Below, one piece after another: positions 13,840 to 25,809 of a DNA stretch of 64,000 nucleotides (its first letter is position 1; every line of letters starts with the position of its first letter). Origin of the DNA: Takakia lepidozioides (Eukaryota > Plantae > Bryophyta); NCBI GenBank assembly GCA_030704615.1, contig CM060731.1:94612001-94676000 (forward strand). Reading direction: 5' to 3'. The position numbers and the translations under genes were made by a program. The notes under the pieces are model-generated. The model was not told the origin of the DNA, did no database searches, and saw only the letters and a list, made by a program, of their open reading frames with translations.

Positions 13840-15104
13840 TTCTCTCTCCCTCTCTCCCTCTCCCTCTATAACTCTTTGGATTTCATCTGGCCTTAACCTT
13901 TTGAGGTTATTTGTTTTTCATCCCAACCTTTTTCATCCCAATCTGGATGATATTATTATAGGATGATGAAACTTAATGTACAGAAAGCTTGGTTACCATC
14001 TATTTCTTTCAATCTAAACTGGATGAATACATGAATAATGGTTACCTATTTTAAAATCCAAGAGATAAATAAAACTACCATCATAAATGATGGCAATTAT
14101 TAAACCTAAGCCATACCCATACCAAAACCCTAAAAGATACCTTTTTATTGGATGTCATCCATTATTACAATGTGCTTCTCTTGATAAAATGTGATTTTTC
14201 ATCCACCCTGGATGAGAAATCACGCCGACACATTTCACAGCACTGAACTCGTGCTTCAGTGAACCTTGATGATGCGCCGCGTAAACCTGCTCCCCTGCTG
14301 CTACATGATACTCGTGATGGCTGGCTCTTGGGATGCGCATTGGCGGTTAGGCAGATTCATCTCTGGCAGACGACAAAGCGATGATCGCTTTGCTCAGAAA
14401 CTCATGGTTCTTTATTTTGCAGCGGCGCTTTTACTCCTCGTTGGGAAGTACTCTATCCCTATTTATATACAGATTACATGTTGCTCTCTTCTTGTATGAG
14501 CCATTCTCTATCTGTGAAACGCTTTCTACTTTGATTGCGTTCTGTTGGAGACGATCTATTGGACACCATGGCGCAGGGCATACCACAAAACACTCAAGGT
14601 TTTTTGAGTTACCTTGCTTGAATTATGATCTGTACATGCTTTAGAATTCAACACTGACAGGAGAGCAACTGTGAAGACCTGCCACTCACCTAGCTGCTGA
14701 TCCTCAATAACATCCACAGCTATGATGGTGGTTTTTGGGACGGGCCACAGGTAGGAGGGTCTTCATTGTCTTGATTTCTTTGAAGCTTGCAGTTCCTGTT
14801 CTTGCAAATGTGGAATACTGCTGCTGCCTAAGCTGCTGATGCCATTTGCTGCTCAAACTGCCACCATGCCGCTTCAGACACCTGCTCCAAGATGGCTCAT
14901 GAGGATATGTTCTTCAGTCCTTACCCCTGTTTCTGGTTTTTTACAACCACATTTGCATGTGTGGAGTTAATTAGCTATGAAGGGTACAAGGGTACTAAAA
15001 AAATAGCAGTTATTACTCTGACTGCTTTGATACTTGGCTCGAAATGAAACCGCTTCGGTATGACTGATGGATCAAAAGGATAAGCTGTGATAGCACATTT
15101 CATT
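13840..15104 (+). repeat. Repeat X copy B, left part (interrupted by the MULE-like element)
   Basis: Similar to 12040-13280. The sequence resumes at 26460 (ATATCATTTTGGTTTCATGGCTTGATAA). Confidence 0.9.
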
Positions 15105-15808
15105 TAGGGATGCCTCGGCGTGAGCCTGGTCACGTGAGCACGTGAGCGCGTGAGCGCGACTGCGCTCACGCCACGTCACCTTGCGCAAATGCCACGTCAC
15201 GGGTCTCAGTCCACGTCATCACACGTGGAGGCCGAGTCACCACGCACCCAGAAAGAAGTGGAGTGTATTCCCGCGGATTGGCACCCTTTACCGCGGAAAC
15301 AAGCTGGACGACATAATAAAAGGCATTGAATAAATGATGGATGAATGTACAGTTGGATGATAAACAGATGGATGAGTTTGAAAAATCTATGTAGATGGAT
15401 GAATGACGGATGGATAAGAGTAAAATGGATGAATGTATAATGGATGTTGAGCAATGACAAAAATTCATGACAGGAAGATGCATGACCAAATCTTTTGACG
15501 AATGCACAAAGTATATGAAATGAGTGTGGAAGGTTTGTGGGGTGGATTAAAGAGTACAGAGGATGAATGTACAATGGATGTTGTACAAAGGAAGCTTTCA
15601 TGAATGGAGCACGCATGAATACAGTGTAGATGAATGCACAATGGATATGAGAAGAGTCAGGAAGGTTTGTGAGATGGATTCATACATATAGCAATTTAAA
15701 CGAAAGTTGATTCTGTGATTATTATTTGTTCTAAAGGAACAACTACGGTAGAGTAAGGGGATTCAACGTTTCCAGATAATATGAAAATGAATATTAAAAG
15801 AATACAGT

Positions 15809-18800
15809 TCAGTCTGACTCAGAGTCAGTACAATGTATCCCCTCTTCCTCTGCATCTAAGTCTAAGTATTTTAGAACACCGGATCCACGCTGGATACACC
15901 TACGGCTGGCCACTAAAAAGTCAGGGGATAGGGACTCGGACGCGTGAAGTGCCATTGCTTCGGCATAAACAGGGAGCAGAAAATTGGAAAGGGGGCTGTC
16001 GAAAACAGACTCGCCAGAAATGACTGTATCTCCTGAAGATCCACCGCTGGCTTTCCTGAAAGACAGCCTGAAAAAGTTATTACTGTAACTTTGATGTTAT
16101 CGAGAAATTGAGTATGACTCCCAAAGAGGGTTTAGCACTTACTCACATGAAAAGTCGTTGTCGACCTGCTTATCTTCGGGATCGTCATCATTTCGAATAT
16201 GAATCCGATCAGTCTGTGTGCCTGAAGTGGAGCCAGACAAAAGGGGGAGGAGCACTGTGTTGTAGAGGTCAGAATCACCCTCCATACCAAAAAGGCTTCT
16301 TCCGCCTGCCTTGCATGCGTGGTAAGTTGCTCCTGCACCAGACAGGAGAACATAAGCAGTTTGGAGGAGGGGATTTAAGCAGATGAAACTGTTGAAAGGA
16401 AACCAATTCGGAAGGGAGAAAACGAACCTGTGGACACAGAAAGATCGACCACCCGTGCAGAGCGGTGGCTGCATGACTCCAGCAGTATTTGCATGAATGC
16501 TGGTGACTTTTCCTTTGCACCTCTCCAGGGAGTGCCATCTGGTCTCTTCAGAGTCTGACTGGACTGCATGAAGTTGTACAAAATGTCATCGACATGGGGC
16601 TCATAGGGGGGGTTGACGAAACAACCCTGGTCAGAAATCTCAAAGCTGCGGATGGAGGATGGTGTCTTTGATGTGCGAATCCTCCGCAGGCAGATCGCCT
16701 CGAACATCCTCGTCTGCCAAAGATAGCAGGTTAGTGTGGTAAACACAATCTAAAGTGGAAGTGTGTACATCGGCTATTCAGAACTCTGACACCAAAAAAC
16801 CATGAATCGTTGATGATCGGTGTCGATCATAAAACATTCTACTAGAGTGGAGCTGCAGAGAAAATTGAAACTCATGATCAAAGCATAAGCAGAAGGCAGA
16901 CGGCATACCAGCTGACCAGGGAAACCCCCTTTCACAAGGTAGAGGCTGTTCACACAATTCCATGTGCGCAAAACTTCAAACCCTGAAGACTTGAGGTATG
17001 ATGCCAATGCCCGACGACTATCATTGTCACATGACTGAAAAAGCAGAAGTGTCCCTGCATCAGAGAGGAAATTGTTACAGAACCCGAATACCCAACTCCA
17101 GTAGTTGTCCTCGAATTTGTTCCACCCTGGCGTCTTGCCCTTTGGAAGAACTTCTGGCACAGCCTGGCCATCCGGGATGTCGAGAATGACAATGTCGGCC
17201 GCATAAGTTTTCTGCACACCGCACACGAAGGTGGGACCTGTGCTCACCTGCAACAGACATGTTTTTTATAAGAACGATGGCAAGAATGTTTTCAAAGAAC
17301 GAGACTGAAATACTGCCAACGAAACATTCAGAGAAAAAGGAAAGAAAGTGGAATTCTCACCAGATTGAGGAATGAGATTATATTGTCCCAGGTAGGGGAT
17401 GGCACCCCAGTGTATCCTCTCTTTCGACTCTGCATCATCGAAAGCCAACCCTCATTAACAATTTTCATCTCTCCTGCTGAATCAGAACGGGAAGGGTGTG
17501 GCTTGGCATCGAACACGCACTGAAGAGTGCGGGTATATCTTCCAGCACTAAAGTCCTGCCCACTCTCCATCTCCTTTTCATTCTCCTTCCCCTTGTCCTT
17601 TTCCTTCTCTTTGGACTTGTCTTTGTCCTTTGGCTTTGCTGGTGAGATGGCTATGACATCAACAGCCTTGTCTTTTGGTTTGCGGCCCGCCTTCTTTCCC
17701 TTCTGCGGCGTTCCCTGAGCATCAGGCTCCTTGGCAGCCAAGGTTGCTATGTTTCGTTGATACTCTTCGTCAGTCAAAGGCGCCAGCATCTCAGCGTTAT
17801 TGTTCAAGTATTTCATATGCTGTTCTTGAAAGGTCGTGTGCTCAGGTGGGCAGTCAAGGTACCACCCACAGTCTCTGAAGTGAGAAGGACTCCAGTCCTT
17901 CAATATCCCTGCAGTATACATGGTTGGATCGTTTGCAGGGTCCGACCACATGTCAAGATAGTCGGGAATTCCGCTCAGGTGATTTCCTTCCATAAGCACA
18001 TATTTCGTGTACCTGAAAAAAGGAGATGAATCCCAACCCACAAAAGCGCTCAGTGAGTAAGATGCAAGTAGAACAGAAAGAATAAAACATGGATTGAAAT
18101 GGCTCTGACAACTGCTCCAAGGACCTTTCAGGACCACACTACTGCTCCAGATATGAATGTCGTCAACGCCATTCAGAACATTCCATTCCATGACACTGTA
18201 AATACATCCTAATCCAGGTGAAATGCAAATAGCGATTAGAAATGACACAGACATAGAAGTGAATGTCGTCAACGACATTCAAGAATGAAGCCAAATTATT
18301 ACTGAAATGAAGCAAAATCACAGGATGGAAATAAAAAAATTGAGTAAGGAACCATCCAGGAAAACTCAATGCACATTCATAACGAACCTATCACTGAGGA
18401 CCTCACAACATCACTGTATGTGAATGGCGTCAACGCCATTCACAAAAATAAAAAAGAAACCAATTACTTAGCTCCCCAATCCATGAAAATTGAATTTGTC
18501 GTTTTTTAATAATACAGACACAGCTGTGAATGTCGTCAACGACATTCACTTTGGATTTCTTAAAACAGAGCTTATGAAGCCTCCATATTCATCGCAAGAG
18601 GAAAAAACAATGCAGAACAACTGAATGTCTGCATTGACATTCAGCAAAATGAAGTGATCAACCCTCATTGTATCCTCTATGGACATTACAAAAATTTAAA
18701 TAACCTTGAGGACCACACAACAACTCCGTATGTGAATGTCGTCAACGCCATTCAAGGACATTATCAATTCTAATCAGGGACAATATAATTGCACCCTTAG

Positions 18801-21445
18801 ATCCTAACCAGGTGAATTCATATACTCGCTTAAGAATGACTCAGACAAAGAAGTGAATGTCGTCAACGACATTCAATCTGGATCTAAGATTGCAATCCAT
18901 ATGAAGCCACAATTTTTCCCAAAAAAACAGTAGAGTTTCAAGTATGACATTTCACCTGTACACAACTCGCATCATGGCCCACTCTCCTCCAACCTGACTG
19001 TCAAAGTCGTTGGACCGTAAAATGTTACCATCTTTGGAGAACTCCCGGAAAAAACAGTATCTCCAGGTGAGACCTCTCCACTTCCTTATGTATGCCTCCA
19101 ATGACATTTGGGGAGGGGAAACAATCGCAATGTTCAGGTCCTTCAAAGTCTGATCCAGCACAATGACGGCGCGCTTTTCGAGCTGCAAATAGAATATTTG
19201 TCAGAATTGCAAAAAAGAAACACATCACATACTTGAAGAGAAGAAACAGCATGTTCGAATACACACCTGACTCCAAAATGTAGCCTTGTGGAGCCAGTTA
19301 TCAAACACCAAATCACTGATTCCTTCCACCTTTGTGCCAGGCTGTATGGTGCTCTTTGGGAACTGATTCAAGTCCTTTACTGTTTGATCTGAGTTCCATA
19401 TCTCCAGCCACCTTATTTTTGTTTGTGGGTCGACCATCGATATGGCCAGCCGGTGCAATTTCTCCTGCTGCATCTCCGGATGCACATGCTTGTCATAGTG
19501 TGTTTTGATCTGCTGAAGGAACTCAGGACCAAGTCCAGGATCTACTATTCTAAGCTGCTTTCCGAAGGCTGACATCAATTTGGTTCTTCGCATCTCAAAC
19601 TCCTTCTTTATTGCAGCTTCCACACCCTTTGATGTCCTTAGTTCCTCTGGTGTAGTGCGGTAATATTCGGATTTTCCCTTCTCAGCTGCCTCTGCCAGTT
19701 CTTGCTGCATTCATTCAAGTAGTGATTAGCTCCGAAGGGACTCTAAACATGTATTCGAAAAGTAAACAGAGTACAGACTCGGGCTTACCGCATACATGTA
19801 CTCCAGAAACGCCTCTCGTGTCAAAGAATACCAAGTGCCTGCAGCTCTTCCTGTTTCGCACTTCTTGATGATATTGGGTGGTAGTACTGTCCGAAAATCA
19901 TCCAGCTTCATCAGACCAATCCTCTGAATTCGGAATAGTGTGTGAACCAAGCTTGTTGTCACATGCGATTTCTCTGTCGATCTGCAAAAACATTGAAAAC
20001 ATTGCATTCCTTAACACTGTTTTTTGAGGATCAACAAGACACTACAGAGGGAATCAAATCTCCTGGATGACTTACTTGTTCACGTCGTGCATAGCTGTAA
20101 GAAGCCTAGCGATGTCGTTTCCTGGATCCAAAACCATTGCCTCCACAGCAACATGCTTGTCTTTGTCTTTCGAATGGTGTTTCTGAATGTATCCCATCCA
20201 TGCCAGCAATCGGTGGTTGCCGTCCCAGACGTAGAACATGTGGTTGCAAAATTGCTGGGTGTTCTTTCCCATCATGAGGCCCAGCTCGAACTCCTCATTG
20301 GCATCTTTCCAGCACTCATCCCAGTTATCACTGATCTCTGGAGAAACTAATGTGCTTTTCCCATTTATATCCGTCAGTGACACATAAAAAACTTGTGCAC
20401 CAAGTCTATATCCATGCACAAAATCACTCTCCAATTTTGTTATGTCATGGGAAAGAGGTGGACGCACAACAGGCATTGATATCATCCGGCACAGAGGTAT
20501 GTCCAGACGCCCTCCAGATACGAGCATGTCCCTTATAACCTCCTGAGAGTTTACCTTCTGGAATGACATGAGTTCTTTCACCTTGTCAAGGTAGTGCACT
20601 TCGGATTCATCTGCTTCATCTGTATTCTCTGAGCTTTTTGCGGACTCGTCCCCATCTCCAGATCCTTTCCCCTCTGATCCTGTAGGCTTCGACCTCACAG
20701 TTTTCTGCACGATGCCATTCAGTTCTGACTAAGTGATTTGCAAATAGTGAATGGCGGTAACGACCATCACTCTGTATCAAGGAAACTCACCATGAATGGT
20801 GTGAAAGAATTCAGCACAATCTACACATGCAAAGCCGAGACTGCCGTATTCAAAACAAAAGCGAGAGCGATAGCGAACGGCGTTAACGACAATCACAAAA
20901 GATAACGACCTGCCGGATCGGTGTTGTGTAATGACATACATGTGCAACTGATTGGCGGCAACGACATTCAGTGTAGTTTAGGGAGAATAGTAAGTGCAGA
21001 CTCTCTCTTCAAACACATAGGTACATAAATCTCATGAGCAGAATCGAATGGCGTTAACGACGCTCGCGATTCAGTAGTTCCTGCTAAAGAATGGAAGAGG
21101 AAGGACTCCTTGAAAGGCAATCACATAGACTATATGATAAAACTTACTGGCACCTTCTTAGGTTTTGAAACTTTGATCCCCTTCTGCAGCTTTCCTCTTC
21201 CCTCTCACATCTGCTGGAGTTTCTGTCTGCGCAAGGGTTTCTTGACCTTCTTCAGGTTCGGCGTTCCGCGTGCTTCCACCTTCTTCAGTGTCCCTGCGAT
21301 TCATCTCTGCCTCCACAGGCTGGCGCACTCTTATCGCCGGCTGTGTCGCAGCCGCTGCCTCAGTCTCCGTCTGCTCTTGTGAATCAGTCTCCGCGTTCAC
21401 CTGCTGCCTTGGCCCTGTGTTCTCCAACAAACGACGCCTCGTCAT
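15809..21445 (-). CDS. 10-exon gene: ParB/Srx-like (DGNHR) domain plus C-terminal beta-class N4C/N6A DNA methyltransferase-like domain, ~1170 aa
   Basis: Manual exons: 21445-21148, 20704-20076, 19981-19789, 19704-19267, 19182-18956, 18012-17361, 17247-16909, 16713-16428, 16332-16143, 16067-15809. All introns are GT-AG and exons 2-10 are phase-compatible; exon 1 needs one frameshift near 21180. Motifs: FYVWDGNHRLLAW; DIVILDIPDG; FLSDAGTLLLF; EKSPAFMQILLESCS...RVVDLSVSTGATYHACKAGGRSLFGMEGD. Confidence 0.82.
18150..18880. repeat. Seven 22-bp palindromes TGAATG(T/G)CG-TCAA-CG(A/C)CATTCA in intron 5 of the ParB-MTase gene
   Basis: Copies start at about 18154, 18260, 18421, 18527, 18622 (degenerate), 18733 and 18854. 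Confidence 0.92.
20745..21070. repeat. Four degenerate copies of the same palindrome in intron 1
   Basis: About 20748 (TGAATGGCGGTAACGACCATCA), 20874, 20949 (TGATTGGCGGCAACGACATTCA) and 21045. Confidence 0.75.
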
Positions 21446-22294
21446 TTTCTCTCTTGCTCTGCGTCTCTCTCTAAGGGAAGTAAAATAAAGAGACTTTCTT
21501 CTCTTTCGTATTCTAGAAGGAACCCTCTCCAGCTTGACTACCACTCTCCTCTAAGCGCGAAAAGTAGAAAAACGCAGTGACTCCCGATTTCTTGCGGGAT
21601 TGCCTGTGTTCTTGCTTGTCTCTAGAAGCATCGGATTCCCTCCCGCGTGACCGTTACACATAGTCGTTTCGATATTAGTGCACATGCCAACAATTGGTGT
21701 ACAGCTGTTCGTATTCAGTTATGGATGTCTGACGTGTGCCGCCCAAAACAAAACGGCGTGTTCTAAATTATAACGGGTTCAATATTTAAAAAGAACAGCG
21801 AATCCCAGAAATTGATGCGCAGTCTTAAACAAATAAATATAAATGAACGAGAGTTTGATGACAAATTTTGGAATATCATACAGGTCATCCTTGTTATCCC
21901 CCACATTCGTTGCACATTTGGAACTTTCCAGGTGCGCATGATCATTGGTAGTAGTATATAGATACATTTACTTAATCTGCAATCCCATTCTCGGATCCTG
22001 TGGCATGCTTCCAGGAAGTCGGCTTTGTTATTGGGTTTATTGATGAGGTTCTGATTAACGGTTTAACAGTTTCCGACACTGCCCCTATGGATTCTCTGAC
22101 CACTGGGCCCACAAGAAAAGTAATTAAAATGGACGGCTGCATATCTGGAATGAATAACAGAATATGCACAGTCGTTATCTGAGCTTCCTCCGCCATATGC
22201 TCTGCTCATTCTTCAACTGTGTTCTGGAGACAGCAGTAAACCGATTTACACTAGATCTGCGATAGCAAGGTACAAACATACTCGAGGAAGGAAG

Positions 22295-25200
22295 ATGGCT
22301 TCCTCTGAAGCGGAGTTCTTCTCAGACGACAAACCAGTGCCGTTCTCCCAGGAAGTCCTTGACAATGGATTTGCAATTGTTCTGGAACATGTCTTGGCTA
22401 CCCGTTTTCAGCTGCAGAATGGCTCCATCTTTTTGGAGAAAGAGGTTTACGATCTGAAAGGGAAGTTGGTGAAATATTCTTTCCAAAACCGTGATGAGAC
22501 GGCTCATATCAGCCAGTGGAGAGTGCGTCCTGGTCGATACAGAGTACTTGGAGAGCCTCGTAGAAAGTCCCTTGGGTCATATGTGACGCCCGGGACTGCT
22601 GCTTCGGTCGTTGAAGACAAGAGGGAGGTGGTGGTGAAAAAAGAACAGACTTCCTCCACTCCAATCGTTGAGCTTTCGGATTCTTCCGATGATGACATAA
22701 GTGAAATTCCAAATCCAGTCCTTCCTACTGTGGTTGCAGAAGCTGATGAAGAAGAGATTTGTAGTGTCATTCCAAAATTGCGGGCGATGGGAGGAATGGC
22801 TGGATTCAAAAGCGAGTTGCGGGGAATTGATTGGGAATCTTTGAAGCAGGTGCCTGTGAAGTTCTTGCCGGAGACTTTTGATGGCGATATCCTATTCGAG
22901 CTGCCTCCTCCTCCGCGAGTTGGAGGTGTAACAATCATGATGCATGGAATGGACAAGAAACACGACGGGCACCCGTGGTGCAGAACAAAAACATCCAATA
23001 TTCAGAATGATGACAAGCTTGTTTTCAGGAGGACAGTTTGCAATGGACACCTTAGGTGTGATAATTTGAATTGCAGACACTTTCTTCAGTCTGGAGTTCA
23101 TAATCAAAGCGAATGGGAGGGTCTGGCGGAAAATCCATTTCAGCCTGGGACTGCCCCTCCACCGGCAAACACTTTCGTCTGCAAATTCTGCAAACTTGTG
23201 CCATCCTGCGTGGCGCTCTGCGGAGCAAGAATGTACTATGTTGTCCACCGTTTGAATACAATGACGAGAGCTTGTGTGCATTTTGGATTCCATAACCATC
23301 CTGTCTCGAAGGGGGATTACAGGGAGAGTGTTGAGACAGTATCGAGGTTGATCAAACAGGAGTTCGGGAGAAACCCATCCGCAACAACATCTGCAATTGC
23401 TCTTGGCGCAAGCAAGTCCTTCTTGGAAAGCCATATTTTGAGTGAAGGAGATTCTGTGGGGACTAAACTTGACGGTGCAGCATTGGACCTGGTCATGGAT
23501 CATTTCTCCACTTTAAGTTCACCTAACATTCGGCATCAGATCAATGCATTGAGAATGGGCTCTGGGATCAGAGGCTACATAGACAATATTTTGGAATTGA
23601 AACGACTGAGCAAGTACGATTACATCCAGGACAATGTATTCCCAGGTCAAGGTGCCATCAAAGTTTTTCTTTTCAAAATGTCGACTGTTGGGGAGGGCAG
23701 TGGGGTTAGCCTCGTGAAGCGGATGCAGAAGACTGGGGACTTGCAGAACTGTTTTCTTATGTTTGATCATGTGAAACGAGTGAAGGATTGGACGACAATG
23801 GCTTGTCATGTCTACGATCCAGTGTACCAACGAGTTATGACAATTGCAGTTTGTGACATGCAATCCGAGGATACGGAATCCCAGAAGCTCATGTGGAATT
23901 CCCTGATACGTGTCATGGGCTGCCATGGGCTGCCATCTCCAAATTTCGCAGGTTTCATGGCGGATAGTGCTCAAGCAAATTTCAATGCTATTCGTATTGT
24001 CTTCGGATCGGGCGACCCAAAAGTGCCTATGCCAGGAAGAGAGCGTACATGTCTATTCCATTGGACACAATCTCTGGAAAAACATACAAAGTCGGACATC
24101 AAACCAGAGATGCAGACTCAGCACCGTAAATTGTGCAAAGAGTACAAAGATGCTAGAACAATGAAGGAGGCGGACACTTTGTTCCAGACAATTCGTGCCT
24201 GGTGGTTCTCTTCTGGAGCTGCATCACTTGAGAGTATGAGAGCATTGGAAGATTGGCTGGCGTTTTGGCACTTCCGGTATAGACAGTGGGGAGCAGCCAT
24301 GACAATGGTACGAGGCTTCTATTTCATGCTTTATTCATACATTTGCTTTCCATATTTTTGACTCATTGCTTTCTTTATGTTGTTTCCTGTGCACTATTCT
24401 GAAGTGTGGTTATCCTCTTTGCAGAACATGTCCATTGAGGAAATGGCAGACATGCCATCTTGCAATTTGGCAGAAACTGTGCACAATGCATGGTTGCAGC
24501 AGTCTGGGAAAAGAGGTCGGGATTTGTATGTGGCAACAACAGATGATTTGATACGTGCCTTGCAACAACAAACCCGATACCGTGATTTCTTACGAGGTGG
24601 GGTTGGTGGCAAGGGTCCGGACAAATCAGAGTTGATGTTGCGTGCTGCAAACAGATCTGGGGATCCAATCAAGATAGCACGGGCGGTGAGCATGTATGCC
24701 CAGGGAACGCCACTTGTTTCTAGAGTTCCACATCTTGAAGGGGAGGAGAGATTCGGCTCCTGTAAGAGGAAATTGAACACTCCACCTGGTTCGGATTCAG
24801 ATTCCCACAGGGCAGACCGTGATAACTTCTCGAAGCCTCGTGTTCCCCTGCATGACAGCTCCGTGTCCGGTACCTCCATTGTGGAGGAACCTCCAACACG
24901 ACGGCAAGCTCCAGCATCAAACCGTGCCACTGAAATGTGCAGGAGAGAAACAACCCCCTTGATGTGCTTGAGTCCGCATGCCCCGACCACGTTTGGCACA
25001 TAGAACGCACAAGTGTCGGGTCTCGTGTGAAATGTACAGCGATCAGGGCAACTAATTTCGAGAAGTGCACTTCATCTATATCCAGAGGTGGTGCCCGAAC
25101 TCCTGCTCCGACTTTCACGGGCTTGATGCGTCCATACGGTCAACCAGAAGCCAAGAACCACAAGTTCTGGTTCTGCGCAGATGATTGTGCCAGATGTGTG

Positions 25201-25809
25201 CATGGAACTGTGCGTCCTTCCGTAGTGATGAAGCCATCTCCTCCAACCGTTTGGCCCGTGAAGGTGGGAACACATCTCAGCTTTCAGGAGATTGAAATGC
25301 TGGAGGAGGCAGGTTTTTCCCTTGCGAGACAACCCCAACTCCATGCATGTGCTAGTATTCCTGCGTCCTCCCGGGTCCCCCCGGCAAATCCTGACTTGTG
25401 GCCAACCAAACGAGATGGAAAGCTCGTTCGGCGTTTCCCTCCAACCGCTGAACACTTTGGCAAAGTGGAGTCCGCAAGAATGCTCCAAGCTCGTGTCGGA
25501 AGCACCACGGAAGTACCCGATCCAGGATATGGTCGGGTATTCACAATCATCACTTCCACATCTGCTGTTCATGACAGGACCTACGACATCACGGTTTCCA
25601 ATTTCCCCAATTGCACATGTCCTGATTTTGTGAATATGCTATCAACCAGTTTGGGCAAGAGAGGTAAATTCATACCCTGCAAACATTTGTATTTCATATT
25701 TTTGAGGAGGATGGTTTGCGATCCCAAACGTGACAACTTCATTCACCAGGCCACTATGAGTTTCAACGAGGTCGATACTCTTTTGCAGCGGGATACAACA
25801 CATGGGTAG
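22295..25809 (+). CDS. MULE-type transposase with N-terminal GCM/WRKY-like zinc domain, DDE core and C-terminal SWIM finger
   Basis: Exon 22295-24307, GT-AG intron, exon from 24425, and a frame change near 24900-24945. Motifs: DGHPW...VCNGHLRCDNLNC...CKFC...CVHFGFHNHP; FLMFDH; FMADSAQA; CLFHW; NLAETVH; CTCPDF...CKHLYFI. Confidence 0.88.

Noticed and set aside
16603-16614. NPPY as the true catalytic motif
   Set aside because: It lacks the preceding hydrophobic strand context seen at DIVILDIPD and is not conserved in the paralogous relic.
18150-18880. CRISPR-like repeat-spacer array
   Set aside because: Spacing is irregular (95-160 bp), spacers show a ~300-bp triplication, and it lies in a spliceosomal intron.
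22504-25572. Long antisense ORFs opposite the transposase
   Set aside because: These are shadow frames of the real coding strand.
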